The notes under the pieces: generated by a model
Database searches by the model: none
The model's input: the letters and a program-made list of their open reading frames with translations, nothing else
What the model was told of the DNA's origin: nothing
Program-made: the position numbers and the translations under genes
Shown: piece by piece, positions 19,166 through 28,297 of the stretch
How the letters are laid out: each line of letters begins with the position of its first letter
Numbering within the stretch: the stretch's first letter is position 1
Assembly: GCA_964521915.1 (NCBI GenBank)
Contig: CAZFTP010000001.1
Location: 67,611 to 131,610, forward strand
Source of the DNA: an uncultured Candidatus Marinamargulisbacteria bacterium
Lineage (GTDB): Bacteria; Margulisbacteria; Marinamargulisbacteria; CAZFTP01
Direction of reading: 5' to 3'
DNA length: 64,000 nt

Positions 19166-19641
19166 TTAGTTTATATATTCTCTAAAAATTTCTTCAAACT
19201 TAATTTCTGAAATTATTTCATTTTCTGCTAAAATTCCTTCTATTTTTAAAAATAACCGTTGAAATTTTGTTTTTAAATTTTCTAAAATACAGTTTTGTTG
19301 ATCTAAATCTTTTAAACTTTTTACCAATAAATAAAATAAATCTTTTTTAGGTATTTCCTGATGAGTAGTTTTAATAATCAAATTAAAAAAATAATAAGCG
19401 AGATTGATTTTATCAAAATCTTTTCTAAGATTCTCATAATTCGCTAATATCTCAGCCTCTTTAAAAATAAAAAAACTCTTACCTTTAAATAAAAATAGCT
19501 TTATTTAAATTTTGGCGAATTAGCAGATTTAACTAATATTTTACATTTACCTAAATCTTCCGAAAAAACAGTTAATAATCTATCTTTTTCAAAAAAATTA
19601 ATACTTTTAATAACAATTGCTTTAGTAACAATATTTTTCAT
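19166..19641 (-). pseudogene. recO: recO remnant: N-terminal 46 codons intact then an in-frame stop; downstream fragment in another frame
   Basis: MKNIVTKAIVIKSINFFEKDRLLTVFSEDLGKCKILVKSANSPKFK* resembles the RecO N-terminus (B. subtilis [40 protein letters not shown]); total space about 480 nt versus about 750 nt for intact recO. Confidence 0.55.
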
Positions 19642-21027
19642 TTATATTAAAAACAAAATTGTGCCTAAAATTAAAGAAAAATAAATTATTTGTCCAATTA
19701 CATCTAAGGTTGTAGCAATAAACGGCGCACTGGCAACTGCCGGATCAATTTTTATTGCTTTAAAAATAATAGGCAAAGCAGAACCAATAATAGCCGCAGT
19801 AATAATATCAATTATCATAGCCACAAATAGAATAAATGAAAATAATAACGGATGTCCAGTAATTAAATTTACTGTCACAACAATACTTGAAATTATTACC
19901 CCTATACTTAAGCCAATAAATAATTCTCTTAATATATAATTTAAATATTTTCTTCTTACTAAACCTGTTGCTAAACCTCTAACCACAATAGTAGCAGATT
20001 GATTTGCCACATTTCCCCCTAACCCGAGTAACATAGGTAAAAAACTCAAAGAAATTGCCAAAGAAAAAAAATAATCCTTAAAATGATGCGAATAAAAATT
20101 AATTAAAAAAGAAGCTAGAAAACCACCGGTAATAGGTAATAAAATCCAAATAATTCTAGATTTTACTGCAAAAGAAATTTTACCGGATACTAATTTTTCC
20201 TCTTCAATATTACCAGTACCAGTTAATTTATAAATATCTTCGGTAGCTTCTTCTACCATAACATCCATAATGTCATCTATGGTAATAATACCAATAATAT
20301 TTTCATGCTCATTTATTACCGGCAAAACAGACATGTCATATTTGCGAAATAATTTAGCTACTTCTTCCTGGTCTAAATGCTTATTAATAATAACCGGTAC
20401 TTCATTTTTTATTTCTGAAATTTTTGTTTTTATCGGTTTTATCAATAACTCTTTTAAAGTAATAAAACCAGAAATTTTATTATCTTTATCATAAGTAAAT
20501 AAATAAAAACTAGCTTCATTTTCTGGCAATTCCTGTTTTTTTATCCAAGCTATAGTTTCTTGAACTGTAAAAGCTTCAGGAATAGCCAAATAATCACTGG
20601 TCATTATGGCTTGTGCAGAATCTTCTTTGGAAGCTAATAATTTACCTATTTCTTCAGCAGATTCTTCAGGTAAAGAAGATAAAATTTCATGTGCTTTTTC
20701 TTCATCTTCTTCAAAAAGTTCTTCTAGCAAATCTACGGCATTATCAACTTCCATTTCTTCAATAAATTTAGTAGCAAGATCAGTTTTAAAATCAATAATT
20801 AATTGAATTTGATTACCTAAACCCATTTGTTCCAAAATTTCTACGGCAATTTCTGGTTTAGCTTTTAAAAAGAATTGATATCTTTTTTCAAATGGAATTT
20901 CTTCTAAAACCTCAGCAATATCTGCTTCATGATATTTTTGGAAAAAAATATGATACTGACGCGGAGTGCCCCGTTCAATTAAACGTTCTAGTAGTTTTTG
21001 AGATGGTTTGTTGTCTGATTCTTCCAT
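19642..21027 (-). CDS. mgtE: magnesium transporter MgtE
   Basis: MgtE N-domain, CBS pair, C-terminal TM region with GGNVANQSATIVVRGLATG. Confidence 0.85.
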   Translation of the reverse strand: MEESDNKPSQKLLERLIERGTPRQYHIFFQKYHEADIAEVLEEIPFEKRYQFFLKAKPEIAVEILEQMGLGNQIQLIIDFKTDLATKFIEEMEVDNAVDLLEELFEEDEEKAHEILSSLPEESAEEIGKLLASKEDSAQAIMTSDYLAIPEAFTVQETIAWIKKQELPENEASFYLFTYDKDNKISGFITLKELLIKPIKTKISEIKNEVPVIINKHLDQEEVAKLFRKYDMSVLPVINEHENIIGIITIDDIMDVMVEEATEDIYKLTGTGNIEEEKLVSGKISFAVKSRIIWILLPITGGFLASFLINFYSHHFKDYFFSLAISLSFLPMLLGLGGNVANQSATIVVRGLATGLVRRKYLNYILRELFIGLSIGVIISSIVVTVNLITGHPLLFSFILFVAMIIDIITAAIIGSALPIIFKAIKIDPAVASAPFIATTLDVIGQIIYFSLILGTILFLI

Positions 21028-21126
21028 AATTTATGTCTATCTATAAGGGTCTCCGTCCCTTAAACCCTGATTTTTTTTCTCCTGTCTCCTGACTCCGGTC
21101 TTCTGTCTCCCGAGCCCCTCTAGTAC
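21028..21126. repeat. GC-rich repeat cluster (module B unit, CT-rich tctcctg repeats, module D)
   Basis: agggtctccgtcccttaaaccct; ctctagtacct overlaps the thiC stop codon. Confidence 0.7.
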
Positions 21127-22596
21127 CTATTCTCCAAATACTTTCATGGCACAAAAATTCGGACCACACATAGAACAATAATTTTTACCCTTATTATTTT
21201 CTAACAAATAACCAAATTTAAGATAACTATCCGGATCTAAACTTAATTTGAATTGATCTTCCCATCTAAATTCTTTTCTTGCTATTGATAAAGCCAAATC
21301 ACGCGCTATAGCTAAAGGTAATTGTTTACTTAAATCTGCGGAATGCGCCGCAATTCGATGAAAAATTATACCTTCTTTTACATCAGCCAAATCAGGTAAA
21401 CCTAAATGCTCCTTAGGTGTAACATAACAAAGCATAGAAGTACCTAAGTGAGCTATTAAAGCACCTCCTATAGCAGAAGACAAATGATCATACCCCATGG
21501 CACTATCTGTTACCAAAGGACCTAAGGTATAAAAAGGTGCCGACTTTGTATATTCAATTTCTTTTTGCATATTTTCAGGGATCTTATCTAAAGTTACATG
21601 CCCTGGTCCTTCAATCATGGTTTGCACATTATATTTATAAGCTATTTCTTTTAATTGTCCTAAAACTTTTAATTCGCCAAATTGCGCTTCATCATTAGCA
21701 TCAAAAATAGAACCTGGTCGTAAACCGTCACCCAAACTAAAACAAACATCATATTTAGCTAAAATCTGACAAATTTCTTCAAAATGCTCAAATAAAAAGT
21801 TTTCCTTATTAAATATCCGGCACCACTTGGCTAAAATTGCTCCTCCGCGCGATACTATACCTAACCTTCTTTTTTCTGCCAAAGGAATAAATTCCTTTAA
21901 TACACCAGCATGAATAGTAAAATAATCAACTCCTTGTTCAGCTTGTTCCAAAATTACTTCTTTAAAAACTGACCAGGTTAAATCTTTTATCTCCCCACCA
22001 ACTTTTTGTAAAGCTTGATAAATCGGTACAGTACCAATAGGAACAGGTGAATTTCGTAAAATTCTGTCTCGAGTTTCGGTTATATCATTTCCGGTAGAAA
22101 GATCCATAACTGTATCTGCTCCATACCAAATAGAACACACCATTTTTCCTAATTCTTTTTCAATAGAAGAACAACCGGTTGAATTACCTATATTGGAATT
22201 AATTTTTGTTTTAAATTTAGACCCAATAATCATTGGTTCTAATTCCACATGATTTACGTTAGCTGGAATAATAGCTCTACCTTCTGCAACCTCTTTTAAA
22301 ACTAGTTCTATGGGAAATCCTTCCCTTAAAGCCACAAATTCCATTTCAGGAGTGATATTACCTTCTTTTGCTGATTTCAATTGAAAATTACTTTTATTCC
22401 TTAATGGTTTAAGCCCTGTATTAAAATCAGTCTGAAAATTTTCTATAGAATAAGGACCGGAAGTATCGTATAAATTAATTTTTTCTTTATTAGAAAGAAT
22501 TACTTGTTGAAAAGGAATTTTTTGTTCTGGGAATTTCTCCCCTTTTTTAAAAATTTTCTCTGCACCATAGTATTTTCGGGATTCATTAAATTTCAT
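21127..22596 (-). CDS. thiC: phosphomethylpyrimidine synthase
   Basis: 489 aa radical-SAM-like ThiC; C-terminal [11 protein letters not shown] motif. Confidence 0.9.
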   Translation of the reverse strand: MKFNESRKYYGAEKIFKKGEKFPEQKIPFQQVILSNKEKINLYDTSGPYSIENFQTDFNTGLKPLRNKSNFQLKSAKEGNITPEMEFVALREGFPIELVLKEVAEGRAIIPANVNHVELEPMIIGSKFKTKINSNIGNSTGCSSIEKELGKMVCSIWYGADTVMDLSTGNDITETRDRILRNSPVPIGTVPIYQALQKVGGEIKDLTWSVFKEVILEQAEQGVDYFTIHAGVLKEFIPLAEKRRLGIVSRGGAILAKWCRIFNKENFLFEHFEEICQILAKYDVCFSLGDGLRPGSIFDANDEAQFGELKVLGQLKEIAYKYNVQTMIEGPGHVTLDKIPENMQKEIEYTKSAPFYTLGPLVTDSAMGYDHLSSAIGGALIAHLGTSMLCYVTPKEHLGLPDLADVKEGIIFHRIAAHSADLSKQLPLAIARDLALSIARKEFRWEDQFKLSLDPDSYLKFGYLLENNKGKNYCSMCGPNFCAMKVFGE

Positions 22597-22710
22597 TTTT
22601 ATTCCTCGTTCAATTCATTATACCTAGATCAATAGTTTTGGAACAGAGGAATTTTTTTATGTGCTTAAATTTTTTTGCTTTGCAAAAAAATTTAAGCACT
22701 AATCGATCTA

Positions 22711-23355
22711 TTACGGTGTAGTAGCAACTTCTACAAAATCAATACACAATTTAGTAGCATAAGCTTGCTTCATAGCTTGTTTAAAATCGCCTTGCAGTTT
22801 TATTTCTAAAACTTCATCTATTGGCTGAGACCAACCTTCATCTGGTTTTCCCCAAGTTTTTAAGGCAAAGCCTGTTGAAGAAACCGAAGTATAATTACTA
22901 TCTGCTTTTAATTTCGCGTAAATCGGCAATATACTACTAGAATTATCTACACCTACAAAACCCTCACTATTTTCTAAATAAATCTTTAATTTATAATCAC
23001 TATTAGAAACAGCAAGATCATTGTAAACTATATTTAGTAATATTTTTCCGCCAGCTTCTACTTTATCTAATTCTGAAACAGAAAATCTTACCGAATTATA
23101 CATTTCAAAATTAGTTAAATTACCAATATCTACCGTAACATCTGTTGCATCTTTAGTTTCTAAAGAAGTAACCCCTATTTTATTAGTATTATTACTAATA
23201 CTCAAATTTATCTTACCAGAAGCTAAAACTGTTTCCGTAATTTTTGGTGTTTCAACAACAGAATCTGAAGATACTGGCAAAACAGATTTAGTGGTACTAC
23301 AACCAAATAAACCTAAAAACGCACAAAATATAATTAAAAATGCTATTCTTTTCAC
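22711..23355 (-). CDS. hypothetical lipoprotein
   Basis: Signal peptide with lipobox LFGC; Ser/Thr/Asn-rich; no recognisable domain. Confidence 0.5.
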   Translation of the reverse strand: MKRIAFLIIFCAFLGLFGCSTTKSVLPVSSDSVVETPKITETVLASGKINLSISNNTNKIGVTSLETKDATDVTVDIGNLTNFEMYNSVRFSVSELDKVEAGGKILLNIVYNDLAVSNSDYKLKIYLENSEGFVGVDNSSSILPIYAKLKADSNYTSVSSTGFALKTWGKPDEGWSQPIDEVLEIKLQGDFKQAMKQAYATKLCIDFVEVATTP

Positions 23356-23619
23356 TTATCTCCTCCCTTTTTTTATAATTGCTTTTGTCGACAAAAATAC
23401 AACTATATAAAAGCTTAGACAAAAAAATAGCGAAAATCAAGTACTATTTTCATTAATAAAAATTTTGTTTTTAATATTGATATATTATTTATCGCTACAA
23501 AAATAGATAAAATTATCAAGGGGGAATATAAAATCCATTTTATAAAAAGCTTTTTAATTAATATGATAATAAACAATACTTTTTATATTTATAGATAAAA
23601 ATGAGTTTTAATTGTAATT

Positions 23620-23662
23620 ATGAGTCTGTCGCAAAATGAGAAATAGCCATTTTGTAGCAGGT
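23620..23662. repeat. MITE-like inverted-repeat element, copy 1 (gagtctgtcgcaaaatg...ccattttgtagcagg)
   Basis: Shares the terminal-repeat core with copies at 24688, 35941, 36040, 44897 and 55060. Confidence 0.7.
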
Positions 23663-23673
23663 TTATTTTTAAC

Positions 23674-23706
23674 GTACCCCTGGGGGACAGCCCCCCCCAG
23701 GGGTAC
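23674..23706. repeat. module-A-type GC hairpin (gtacccctggggg-acagcc-cccccaggggtac)
   Basis: Palindrome read directly; same architecture as the 33-nt hairpins elsewhere. Confidence 0.75.
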
Positions 23707-23921
23707 AAAAAGAATTAATTTTATTTGACTTAAAGTAAAAGAAAAGCTTATTATATTATCAGATTAATTATTATGAATAATAAAAATTATTTATTAATTT
23801 TATTAATTATTTTTTTTATTCTTTTAGTGTTATTTATTTATAAACAATTCACTAATTGGCATAATGGTGAATTTAGTTTAAATTTAAGCAAAAAAATAAT
23901 TTATCAAGTAACTCAAAAAAC

Positions 23922-24668
23922 ATGAAAAAAACATTATTCATTATTTTTTTCAGTATCATTTTTTACCATACCGCTTTTTCTATTGGTACAGACCAAAGCA
24001 TTATTGAAAAAGCTGTTACTACAAACCAAGAAAACAATTTTAATCTCATTATTTATACAAAAAAACCCGCTGTTTTTATAAATGCTTATAATTGGACTAT
24101 TGACCCAGATGGTAATTCGGTAATTTTTCAAAATCAACCGATTACAGATTGGTTAATTATTCCCAATTTTATCAAAAAAAAAGATCCGAATTTAACTTAT
24201 ATAGAAATTCCTTATACCGTTAAAATTAAAAATCCGGTACAAGCAGAATACTTAGCCAAACTGATTATTTCAGAAGCAGATGACAAAAATACCAATATTA
24301 ATATTACCATGGGTTTAGGAATTCCAATTTATGTTTATTTCAAAGATAAAATCAAAATGAATAATTCTGATATTATGATCAAACAAGTCCGTTATGACCA
24401 TAAAAAATCATTATTAGAAGTAATAGTTGAAAATAACAGCAACGTACATATAAGACCTGATATAAATTTTACGATTGAAAAATCAAAAACCAACCTAGGA
24501 ACTGAAAATTTAACTTCAGGTTGGCCAATATTACCGACCAGCACCAGAAAATTCAGTAAAAAGATCGATCTAAAACCAGGAAAATATCAACTAATTTTTA
24601 CTTCTACTTGGGGGAAACTCTATAATTTAAGCTTTTCTAAAAAAGAAGTTAAAACTTTAATTTTATAA
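23922..24668 (+). CDS. hypothetical secreted protein (signal peptide), bracketed by two MITE-like copies
   Basis: N-terminal hydrophobic signal; no recognisable domain. Confidence 0.5.
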   Translation: MKKTLFIIFFSIIFYHTAFSIGTDQSIIEKAVTTNQENNFNLIIYTKKPAVFINAYNWTIDPDGNSVIFQNQPITDWLIIPNFIKKKDPNLTYIEIPYTVKIKNPVQAEYLAKLIISEADDKNTNINITMGLGIPIYVYFKDKIKMNNSDIMIKQVRYDHKKSLLEVIVENNSNVHIRPDINFTIEKSKTNLGTENLTSGWPILPTSTRKFSKKIDLKPGKYQLIFTSTWGKLYNLSFSKKEVKTLIL

Positions 24669-24687
24669 TCATATCTCATTAAAAATT

Positions 24688-24757
24688 TAGTCTGTCGCAA
24701 AATGAGACATTTTTTCAAAATAGTTTTGAGAAATAGCCATTTTGTAACAGACTCATC
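24688..24757. repeat. MITE-like inverted-repeat element, copy 2 (full length, about 70 bp)
   Basis: agtctgtcgcaaaatgagacattttttcaaaatagttttgagaaatagccattttgtaacagactc. Confidence 0.75.
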
Positions 24758-24769
24758 AAATTATAATTT

Positions 24770-25690
24770 CTAAGAATTAACAATATAAGTTATTTGCGAA
24801 ATATTTTCGTTCTTTTTTATCGGAGTATCCACAAAAAAATCAAAAGTAAGTTTGGTCGCTATTTCTGGTTGTTCAATATGATACAAATGGTCAGCATTTT
24901 TTATAGTCACAAAAACTGCTTTATTAAAACTATTAGCTATTTCTTTACAATATTTTGGTTTAGTGAAAGGATCATATTCTCCTGTAAAAACTATAGCTGG
25001 CACTTTAGATTTCTTTTGTAAATCAAGAGGTGGCTGAGTCAATAAACGTTTAGTATTAAAAATATATTTTGCTTTTTGATCTTCATTTAAAGACTTACAA
25101 CCACTGATTATAATCCTCTTTGCTAACTCAAATTTCTTAATTGTGTGAGATTTATTCTTACAAAGCAATATATTAAAAATTTCTTCCGCAAATTTTTCCA
25201 TATCCCCATTAATAACAGACTTTATAGTATTAGCTACTTTTTTCCGCTTCTCCTTCGGGATTTTCTTCATCGTACCAGTTAAAGCCAAACGATCTACCCT
25301 TTCAGGATAAAGTTGCGCAAATCTATGCGCTATCGGGGTACCATATGATGCCGCAATAATATTTATCTTTTTAATTTTCAATTTATCTATAAGATTAATA
25401 ATACAGGCTACAAAGAAATCCATATCATGTTCCTCAGAAACAGGATCTGCCTTACCCACTCCGGGTAGATCTGTTAAAACCACTTTAGTTCTTACTGAAA
25501 AGAAATCAGCGAATTTTTTCCAAGAATTCATATTTTGAAAAGCGCCGCTTAACATTAAAATAGGAGAAATTTTTCGATTTTTTTTACCAAAACAACGATA
25601 ATAATATTTAAAATTTTGATAAAGAATAACTGAATCTTGACAAGCAAACGGTATTTTTACGTCTTTACTATGTGGTTGCGACATTCCCAA
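24770..25690 (-). CDS. alpha/beta-hydrolase fold protein
   Basis: AASYG nucleophile-elbow variant; D and H downstream (DHLYH). Confidence 0.6.
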   Translation of the reverse strand: MGMSQPHSKDVKIPFACQDSVILYQNFKYYYRCFGKKNRKISPILMLSGAFQNMNSWKKFADFFSVRTKVVLTDLPGVGKADPVSEEHDMDFFVACIINLIDKLKIKKINIIAASYGTPIAHRFAQLYPERVDRLALTGTMKKIPKEKRKKVANTIKSVINGDMEKFAEEIFNILLCKNKSHTIKKFELAKRIIISGCKSLNEDQKAKYIFNTKRLLTQPPLDLQKKSKVPAIVFTGEYDPFTKPKYCKEIANSFNKAVFVTIKNADHLYHIEQPEIATKLTFDFFVDTPIKKNENISQITYIVNS

Positions 25691-25854
25691 AAAAACGCCT
25701 CCTTCCCCATTTTTACCTATTATTGTAGCAAAAATAATAAAATAAAATTTTGTTTTTCGTAAATAGTATATACCACTTATTTTTTATTTTTAAACATTTT
25801 AATATATTTTTTGATTTATAATTATTATCGTAGTTATGTAAATTTTATTACATG

Positions 25855-26120
25855 GATTGTTTATAATGTATACCCAGGGTGCGGAGCACCCTGGGTATAC
25901 GAGAAAAGGTAGTTTTCTAAGGGGCTTCGCCCCTTATACCCCATGGGGCTTTCGCCCCGAGAAACAAGGGAAATTATTTTCGAAGGGCTTTTTTTCATGA
26001 TTCTATCTTAACCCTTAATCTTACTCCTTAACCTTATTAGCAGACCCCCTTAAACCCCCTATAAAATCATGCTAATCATTTAATCATACGAATCATGGTT
26101 CAAGACATTCCCTATTGCCT
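25855..26120. repeat. GC-rich mosaic repeat cluster (modules A, B, B', C); the most complete composite locus
   Basis: Perfect hairpin at 25868-25900 (gtatacccagggtgc-gga-gcaccctgggtatac); ggggcttcgcccc and ggggctttcgcccc units; ATCAT array atcatgctaatcatttaatcatacgaatcatggttcaagacattcc. Confidence 0.85.
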
Positions 26121-27470
26121 TCATTTCAATTTCCAACGAACGCCTTCTGGCGTATCTTCTAAAATAATTCCTTTAGCAAGTAAAATATTTCTGATTTCAT
26201 CAGCTCTTTGAAAATCACGTTCTTTTTTAGCTAGTGTACGTTCTTCAATTAAGTTTTGATCTTCGATACTAATTTCCAAGGAATTATTATCTTCATTAAA
26301 CAATCCCAATATCTGCCCAAGCTTTTTTAATAACCAAACACCTTTATTATTAACATTTATATATTTATTAAGATCAAATAATACAGCAACAGCCAACGAC
26401 AAATTAAAATCATCATTCATAGCAGCAATAAAACGAGATTCGAACTCAGCTAAGTCAGGATTGATTTCTTCATCAATATCTTTATGAATTGCTAGGGTAT
26501 TTTCAAACCTTTGGTAAGCATGTTTAGCTTCCTCCAAAGCATCAAAAGAAAAATTGAGCGGAGAGCGATAATGTACCCGAATTAAAAAGAACCTCAATAC
26601 TTCTCCTGAATAAGATTCTAAAATTTGTTTGATAGTAAGAAAATTATTAAGCGATTTAGACATTTTTTCTTCGTTAATATTTACAAAACCGTTATGAAGC
26701 CAGTATTTTACAAAAGGTTTGCCGGTAAAACTTTCAGATTGGGCAATTTCATTTTCATGATGAGGGAAAAGTAAATCCTCACCACCGGCATGTATATCTA
26801 TCGTTTCCCCTAATTCTGCCAAAGACATAGCAGTGCATTCAATATGCCAGCCTGGTCTTCCTTCGCCCCATGGGCTAGTCCAGGATGGCTCACCAGGCTT
26901 AGCTTTTTTCCATAAAGCAAAATCAAGCGGGTTTTCTTTATCAGTATCTATATCTACTCTTGCCCCAGCTACTAGATCTTCCAAATTTTTTTTCGATAAT
27001 TTACCGTAATTACGAAAATTATTTACCCTAAAATACACATCCCCGTCTTTACCAATATACGCCATTTTTTTATTAATTAAACCGCTTATTATTTTTTGTA
27101 TTTCTTTAATATATTCTGTTGCCTTTGGATATTTATCCGCTCGTTTCACAAAAAGACGGTCCAAATCTTCAAAATAAGATTCAATATACTGATTAGTAAT
27201 TTGCTGGAAAGGCTTATTTAATGAATTAGCTTTATTAATTATTTTATCGTCAATATCAGTAAAATTTTGAATATATCTTACATAATAACCTAAATATTCC
27301 AAATAACGACGAATAGTATCAAAAACTACATACGCTCTGGCATGCCCTATATGACAGTTATCATAAACAGTAACGCCGCAAGTATAAAAAGTAACTCTTG
27401 GTTCATTTATTGGTACGAATAATTCTTTACTTTTAGTTAAAGAATTATAAAGATATAATTGTTTGTTCAT
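26121..27470 (-). CDS. cysS: cysteinyl-tRNA synthetase
   Basis: HIGHARAY and KMSKS class-I motifs. Confidence 0.9.
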   Translation of the reverse strand: MNKQLYLYNSLTKSKELFVPINEPRVTFYTCGVTVYDNCHIGHARAYVVFDTIRRYLEYLGYYVRYIQNFTDIDDKIINKANSLNKPFQQITNQYIESYFEDLDRLFVKRADKYPKATEYIKEIQKIISGLINKKMAYIGKDGDVYFRVNNFRNYGKLSKKNLEDLVAGARVDIDTDKENPLDFALWKKAKPGEPSWTSPWGEGRPGWHIECTAMSLAELGETIDIHAGGEDLLFPHHENEIAQSESFTGKPFVKYWLHNGFVNINEEKMSKSLNNFLTIKQILESYSGEVLRFFLIRVHYRSPLNFSFDALEEAKHAYQRFENTLAIHKDIDEEINPDLAEFESRFIAAMNDDFNLSLAVAVLFDLNKYINVNNKGVWLLKKLGQILGLFNEDNNSLEISIEDQNLIEERTLAKKERDFQRADEIRNILLAKGIILEDTPEGVRWKLK

Positions 27471-27475
27471 TGTAA

Positions 27476-28297
27476 CTAAAAACTATGTTCATCTGAAGGA
27501 AAAATCCCAGACTCCACTTCCTTTTTATATTCATTAACAGAATTAGTAATAATTTCCGTTAAATTAGCATATCTTTTTACAAAAGTTAATGGCTTGGTAT
27601 TAGGTTCATTATAACCTAAAATATCATTGGTAACCAACACTTGCCCGTCACAAAAAGGACCAGCTCCACAACTAATGGTAGGAATATTTACTTGCTCAGT
27701 AATCTTTTTAGCCAGTTCTTTTGGCATCATCTCTAATAGTAAAGCAAAACAACCATTTTTTTCTAACTCAATTGCCAAGTCCACTAATTTTTCTGTTGCC
27801 TCTTTTTCTCTACCTTGAATTTTATACCCTCCCAATTGATATAAATATTGCGGTGTAAACCCAATGTGCCCTACTACCGGTATACCAATATCAGTAACCG
27901 CTTTTATTAGATCTATTTGTTTATCTGTAATTTCCATTTTCACTGCCGTAGCCCCGGCTTCTTTAAGCAATCGCCCAGCATTTAATCTTGCTTGATCAAC
28001 CGAAATTTGATAACTCATAAAAGGCATATCCGCCAAAACCATTGCATGTTTAACAGATCTAGCTACTGCTTTTGTATGATAAAGCATATCTTCAATTGTT
28101 ACTGGAAGCGTATTTTTATATCCGTTAAAAACATTACCTAAAGAATCTCCTACCAAAATTATATCTATCTCTAAATTATCCAAAAGATTAGCTAACAAAT
28201 AATCATAAGCAGTTAGAGCTACTATCTTTTTTTGATTTTTAAATTTAATAATATCTATAGGTAAAATTCTTTTCATATTATCTGTGTTTTCCACCAA
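27476..28297 (-). CDS. panB: 3-methyl-2-oxobutanoate hydroxymethyltransferase
   Basis: 273 aa; conserved GATAVKMEI region. Confidence 0.85.
   Translation of the reverse strand: MVENTDNMKRILPIDIIKFKNQKKIVALTAYDYLLANLLDNLEIDIILVGDSLGNVFNGYKNTLPVTIEDMLYHTKAVARSVKHAMVLADMPFMSYQISVDQARLNAGRLLKEAGATAVKMEITDKQIDLIKAVTDIGIPVVGHIGFTPQYLYQLGGYKIQGREKEATEKLVDLAIELEKNGCFALLLEMMPKELAKKITEQVNIPTISCGAGPFCDGQVLVTNDILGYNEPNTKPLTFVKRYANLTEIITNSVNEYKKEVESGIFPSDEHSF

Noticed and set aside
22597-22710. TPP riboswitch expected upstream of thiC
   Set aside because: The leader is only 114 nt and lacks the conserved CUGAGA / pyrimidine-sensing helix sequences. It is reported as an absence in the findings rather than annotated as a feature.
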